DNA from: Bdellovibrionales bacterium
Lineage (GTDB): Bacteria; Bdellovibrionota; Bdellovibrionia; Bdellovibrionales; UBA1609
Assembly: GCA_050246815.1 (NCBI GenBank)
Contig: JBFWVI010000027.1
Span: forward strand, 22,949 to 41,611
Reading direction: 5' to 3'
DNA: 18,663 bases
A program made the position numbers and the translations under genes. A model generated the notes under the pieces. The model was not told the origin of the DNA and ran no database searches. It was given only the letters and a program-made list of their open reading frames with translations. Shown here piece by piece: positions 15,608 to 18,663 of this stretch; the first letter of the stretch is position 1; each line of letters starts with the position of its first letter.

Positions 15608-15677
15608 GTAGGCCCTTCTTTTTCCGTCTGCAAAGCGTCGCCAGCGACGCAATGCAGACGGAAAAAGAAGGGCCTAC
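15608..15677. repeat. Related 70-nt hairpin (25-bp stem, AA/AA internal loop, 6-bp stem, 4-nt loop), REP/REPIN-like copy 2
   Basis: gtaggcccttctttttccgtctgca (15608-15632) pairs perfectly with 15653-15677, and gcgtcg/cgacgc forms the inner stem. Starts with GTAG. Confidence 0.93.
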
Positions 15678-15690
15678 GAAGGGAGCAAGA

Positions 15691-16077
15691 ATGAAGCTTG
15701 ATTTTAAGTTTCGCAAAATGGATTGGTCCGATGAGATGGTCGAATACGTCAATGCTCGCTTAAGTAAACTCAGCAAATTCGAATGGCAACCTTTGCGAGC
15801 CCACGTAACCTTTGGCGCAGAGCGCCACCTGTGCTGTGTGGAAATTCGCTTAAGTGGCAAAGGCATGACCTTCAAAGCCAGCTCGAAGGCCTCAAGCTAT
15901 GCTGACGGTGTAGACGCAGCAGTGGCCAAACTGCAGCGCCAGTTGGAGCGTAAAAAGCATCTGGTGCAAAACCATTTGGTTTTTGAAAACACCCATGAGG
16001 GTAAAATGGAGCGTCCGAGCCAGGAATCCCAGCACGATCACGACGATTTTGCACCACCCGGCCGCAAGGTGGGGTAG
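15691..16077 (+). CDS. hpf: Ribosome hibernation promoting factor / RaiA family protein (sigma-54 modulation protein)
   Basis: MKLDFKFRKMDWSDEMVEYVNARLSKLSKF...GVDAAVAKLQRQLERKK matches the HPF fold, in the classic position after rpoN. ATG 15691 has a GGGAG RBS; the track's 15652 start lies inside the hairpin. Confidence 0.85.
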   Translation: MKLDFKFRKMDWSDEMVEYVNARLSKLSKFEWQPLRAHVTFGAERHLCCVEIRLSGKGMTFKASSKASSYADGVDAAVAKLQRQLERKKHLVQNHLVFENTHEGKMERPSQESQHDHDDFAPPGRKVG

Positions 16078-16110
16078 CCTACAGTTCGGTTGTTCCTTGA
16101 CGTGATTAAT

Positions 16111-16160
16111 GCCCCTTGTTAACTAACTTCATTCAAAACTTTGAAGTTCAATCAAGGGGC
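16111..16160 (+). promoter_or_regulatory. Candidate Shine-Dalgarno-sequestering hairpin in the metK leader
   Basis: gccccttg (16111-16118) pairs with caaggggc (16153-16160, the SD). Nested aacttca (16125-16131) pairs with tgaagtt (16142-16148). Confidence 0.4.
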
Positions 16161-16168
16161 TTGAGTCC

Positions 16169-17323
16169 ATGCGCAATTACCTATTCACCAGTGAATCCGT
16201 TTCAGAAGGTCATCCCGATAAAATGGCGGACCAAATCAGCGATGCTGTTTTGGACGCGTTTTTAACCAAAGATCCACGCGCGCGCGTCGCCTGCGAAACT
16301 TTGCTTTCCACCGGCTTTGTATTGGTGGCTGGTGAAGTGACGGCCAAAGAACCAGTTGACGTCCCGCACATCGTACGCCAGGTGGTGAAAGACATCGGCT
16401 ATGATCATACGGACAAAGGCTTCGACTATCAAACCTGCGCGGTGATGACGACCTTGGGTCGCCAGAGCCCTGATATCGCCATGGGTGTGGATGCCAAAGA
16501 GCAAGGCGCCGGCGACCAGGGTTTGATGTTCGGTTATGCCACCAACGAGACCGCAGATTACATGCCCATGAGCCTTGAGCTTTCGCACAAACTGGTGCGT
16601 GAATTGGCAATCCTGCGTAAATCCGGCAAGGTGGATTTCTTGCGCCCCGACTCGAAAAGCCAAGTCACGGTCGAGTATCGTGAAGGCAAAATTCACCGCA
16701 TCGATTCTATCGTGATTTCGACTCAGCATTCAGACAAAGTCAGCTTGGACCAAATCAAATCGTTCATTCGTGAAGAGCTTTTCCCCAAAGTTGTGCCCAA
16801 AAACTTGATCGACAACGAAACCAAGTATCACATCAATCCCACTGGGCGCTTTGTGATCGGTGGACCGATGGGGGATGCCGGTTTGACCGGTCGCAAAATC
16901 ATCGTTGATACCTACGGAGGCCATGGCGCCCACGGTGGTGGCGCGTTTTCGGGCAAAGACCCTTCGAAAGTGGATCGCTCGGCCGCTTATGCCGCCCGCC
17001 ATGTTGCCAAAAATATCGTGGCTGCGGGGCTGGCTGAGAAATGTTTGGTGCAGGTCGCTTATGCGATCGGCGTGGCTGAACCTGTCAGTGTGATGGTGAA
17101 CGACTATGGCACGGGCACAGAAAGTTCGGAAGTCTTGGGCAAAGCCGTGCGTAAGGTGTGGAACTTAAAGCCCGCCGCGATCATTGAACAGTTTGACCTG
17201 CTGAAACCGCGTTACCGCAAAACTTCGACCTATGGTCACTTTGGTCGAACTGATGCCGAGTTCACCTGGGAAAAAATCGACAAAGTTGAAGCTCTAAAAG
17301 ACGCCGTTAAGACGCTGCGTTAA
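16169..17323 (+). CDS. metK: S-adenosylmethionine synthetase (methionine adenosyltransferase)
   Basis: [62 protein letters not shown]. Confidence 0.99.
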   Translation: MRNYLFTSESVSEGHPDKMADQISDAVLDAFLTKDPRARVACETLLSTGFVLVAGEVTAKEPVDVPHIVRQVVKDIGYDHTDKGFDYQTCAVMTTLGRQSPDIAMGVDAKEQGAGDQGLMFGYATNETADYMPMSLELSHKLVRELAILRKSGKVDFLRPDSKSQVTVEYREGKIHRIDSIVISTQHSDKVSLDQIKSFIREELFPKVVPKNLIDNETKYHINPTGRFVIGGPMGDAGLTGRKIIVDTYGGHGAHGGGAFSGKDPSKVDRSAAYAARHVAKNIVAAGLAEKCLVQVAYAIGVAEPVSVMVNDYGTGTESSEVLGKAVRKVWNLKPAAIIEQFDLLKPRYRKTSTYGHFGRTDAEFTWEKIDKVEALKDAVKTLR

Positions 17324-17384
17324 TTTGCCACAGGTTGCCATCATTGCATTGCAACCCATGGCGCATTAAGTTAGGTCAATTGCC

Positions 17385-17603
17385 ATGGCAAAGAAGATTG
17401 CGACCACCGTCTACATAACGGAAGAACAGCAGAATCTGCTGAAAGAATTGAACCTGCGTTCGAAGGTTCCCGTGGCCGAGTTCATTCGCCAGGGCATCGA
17501 CCTGATTTTGGATCGCTATCGAGAACTTTTGCCGGGGCAAATGCCGCTGCCTTTGGGACAAACCGCGGAAACTGAGCGGCTCAACACGAATCGAGTACCC
17601 TAA
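17385..17603 (+). CDS. Ribbon-helix-helix (CopG/MetJ/Arc superfamily) DNA-binding protein
   Basis: Beta-strand ATTVYIT, helix [14 protein letters not shown], turn KVPVAE and helix [13 protein letters not shown] fit the RHH pattern. Confidence 0.8.
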   Translation: MAKKIATTVYITEEQQNLLKELNLRSKVPVAEFIRQGIDLILDRYRELLPGQMPLPLGQTAETERLNTNRVP

Positions 17604-17608
17604 AACTC

Positions 17609-18663
<1,055 letters not shown>

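Noticed and set aside
15440..15677. Twin hairpins as a CRISPR array or as Rho-independent terminators
   Set aside because: Only two 70-nt units with a 96-nt spacer and no cas genes in the window. The stems are far longer than terminators and lack a following U-tract on both strands.
15269..15875. Minus-strand ORFs of 127, 75 and 177 aa across the rpoN-hpf gap
   Set aside because: They overlap rpoN or hpf antisense, and their repeated basic peptides (RRREKKGL, RRKKKGL) simply reflect the palindrome arms.

Overview
Chromosomal core-genome window, most likely from a predatory Bdellovibrionota bacterium (inferred from gene content and order; no database search was possible). 1-8614 (+) is a tightly packed Agl-Glt gliding-motility-type operon: partial GltC-like, GltD/AgmU-like TPR, GltE/AglT-like TPR, GltF/CglF-like, GltG/PglI-like FHA-TM-TonB-C, a TolQ/ExbB/AglR subunit and two ExbD/TolR (AglQ/AglS-like) subunits. 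8618-12151 (-) holds a secreted caspase-fold (clan CD) cysteine protease (strand mislabelled in the ORF track), a secreted HExxHxxGxxD zinc metalloprotease, a structured 337-bp intergenic region and a GYF_2-GYF_2-PilZ protein. 12286-18663 (+) is housekeeping: lptC fused to an LptA-like domain, lptB, rpoN, hpf, metK, a ribbon-helix-helix gene and truncated lepA (absent from the ORF track). The strongest non-coding signal is a pair of related ~70-nt near-perfect palindromes between rpoN and hpf that differ by four fully compensatory base-pair changes. The most attractive systems-level hypothesis is a GYF-PilZ adaptor linking c-di-GMP to the Pro-rich cytoplasmic linker of the neighbouring gliding motor.
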